NCBI GenBank assembly: GCA_934098395.1 | Contig: CAKOOM010000001.1 | Location: 421,493-485,492, forward strand | Source: an uncultured Bacilli bacterium | GTDB lineage: Bacteria; Bacillota_I; Bacilli_A; RF39; UBA660 | DNA: 64,000 bases | Direction: 5' to 3' | Part shown: positions 63,758-64,000 of the stretch, one piece after another | Layout: the number at the start of each line of letters is the position of its first letter | Position numbering within the stretch: position 1 is the first letter of the stretch | Translations under genes and position numbers: made by a program | Notes under the pieces: model-generated | Told to the model about the DNA's origin: nothing | Databases searched by the model: none | What the model saw: the letters and a program-made list of their open reading frames with translations, nothing else

Positions 63758-64000
63758 ATGAATGAAAATAATGAATTGTTAATGTATATTTATCAGAATA
63801 GTTTGATGGGAGTTAAGTCTACGACAAAGTTGATTAATTTGTTAAATAAATCTGATAATAAAATTAAAGAAATTGTTGAAGGAGAGTTAAAAGGATACGA
63901 GAACTTTTTAAAAGAAAGTAAAAAGTTGTTAAAAAAACATAAAATAGAACCTAAGAATAAGAATATTATTGCAGAAATTACTTCTTCAATAGCAATGAAT
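63758..64000 (+). CDS. Hypothetical helical protein, 5' part only (runs off the window)
   Basis: ATG 63758 follows AAAGGA. An open frame of 81 codons (MNENNELLMYIYQNSLMGVKS..) reaches the window edge. It is not in the supplied track because it has no stop. Confidence 0.45.
   Translation, partial: MNENNELLMYIYQNSLMGVKSTTKLINLLNKSDNKIKEIVEGELKGYENFLKESKKLLKKHKIEPKNKNIIAEITSSIAMN

Noticed and set aside
1-64000. Possibility of Mollicutes-type genetic code (TGA = Trp), given the very low GC and the ADI pathway
   Set aside because: TGA is used as a genuine stop (for example 21649-21651 and 62408-62410, both with the next gene starting in ATGA overlap). Trp is encoded by TGG throughout. No long ORF requires TGA read-through.

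Overview
This is a very AT-rich window (roughly 25-30% GC by eye) from a low-GC Gram-positive (Bacillota-type) chromosome. It uses the standard code: TGA terminates real genes, for example at 21649-21651 and 62408-62410, and Trp is TGG. All calls rest on reading the ORF translations for motifs and the DNA for signals; no database search was possible.

Layout:
- 1-4700: a tRNA pair (partial tRNA, then tRNA-Glu), then a decayed integrative element or prophage remnant. It holds a multiply disrupted tyrosine integrase, a BRO-N/DinD-like gene, a frameshifted cI-like XRE repressor facing a Cro-like XRE gene, and a DUF2075 C-terminal stub.
- 4752-5960: ackA.
- 6.0-18.1 kb: an accessory surface locus with a membrane-tethered XRE regulator, two fused ABC-ATPase/FtsX-type permeases, a 1748-aa surface protein with a TasA/SipW-like signal, and a small FxLYD-like protein.
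- 18.3-20.6 kb: lon.
- 20.7-24.5 kb: three cohesin-like/cadherin-like surface proteins. One carries a duplicated dockerin and one an SPQTG sorting signal.
- 24.5-30.4 kb: DUF368, tmk, yigZ-like, uvrC, a membrane protein, and holA.
- 30.5-36.4 kb: two giant paralogous prepilin-signal proteins (916 and 876 aa) with Cys-rich C-termini and a lipoprotein between them.
- 36.5-42.5 kb: an XRE-TM protein, LemA, lepA, miaB, a YmcA-like gene, and a Zn-PLC-like gene.
- 42.5-49.3 kb: a seven-gene block of an amino-acid ABC importer plus the arginine deiminase pathway (arcA, arcB, arcC, YfcC-type carrier).
- 50.1-54.6 kb: an MMPL/RND transporter fused in frame to a secreted helical-repeat protein, with a divergent TetR.
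- 54.7-64.0 kb: Nudix, ASCH, an RNase J paralogue with degenerate catalytic motifs, a GT2, sortase B, a DUF402/Ntdp-like gene, ligA, an M29 aminopeptidase, and a partial ORF.

No CRISPR array, rRNA, reverse transcriptase or intact transposase was seen.

The most unusual content is the set of very large, oddly targeted surface proteins: the tandem pilin-like giants, the enzyme-free cohesin-dockerin triad, and the SipW-signal giant next to MacB-like ABC pumps. The topologically coherent MMPL fusion is the other standout.
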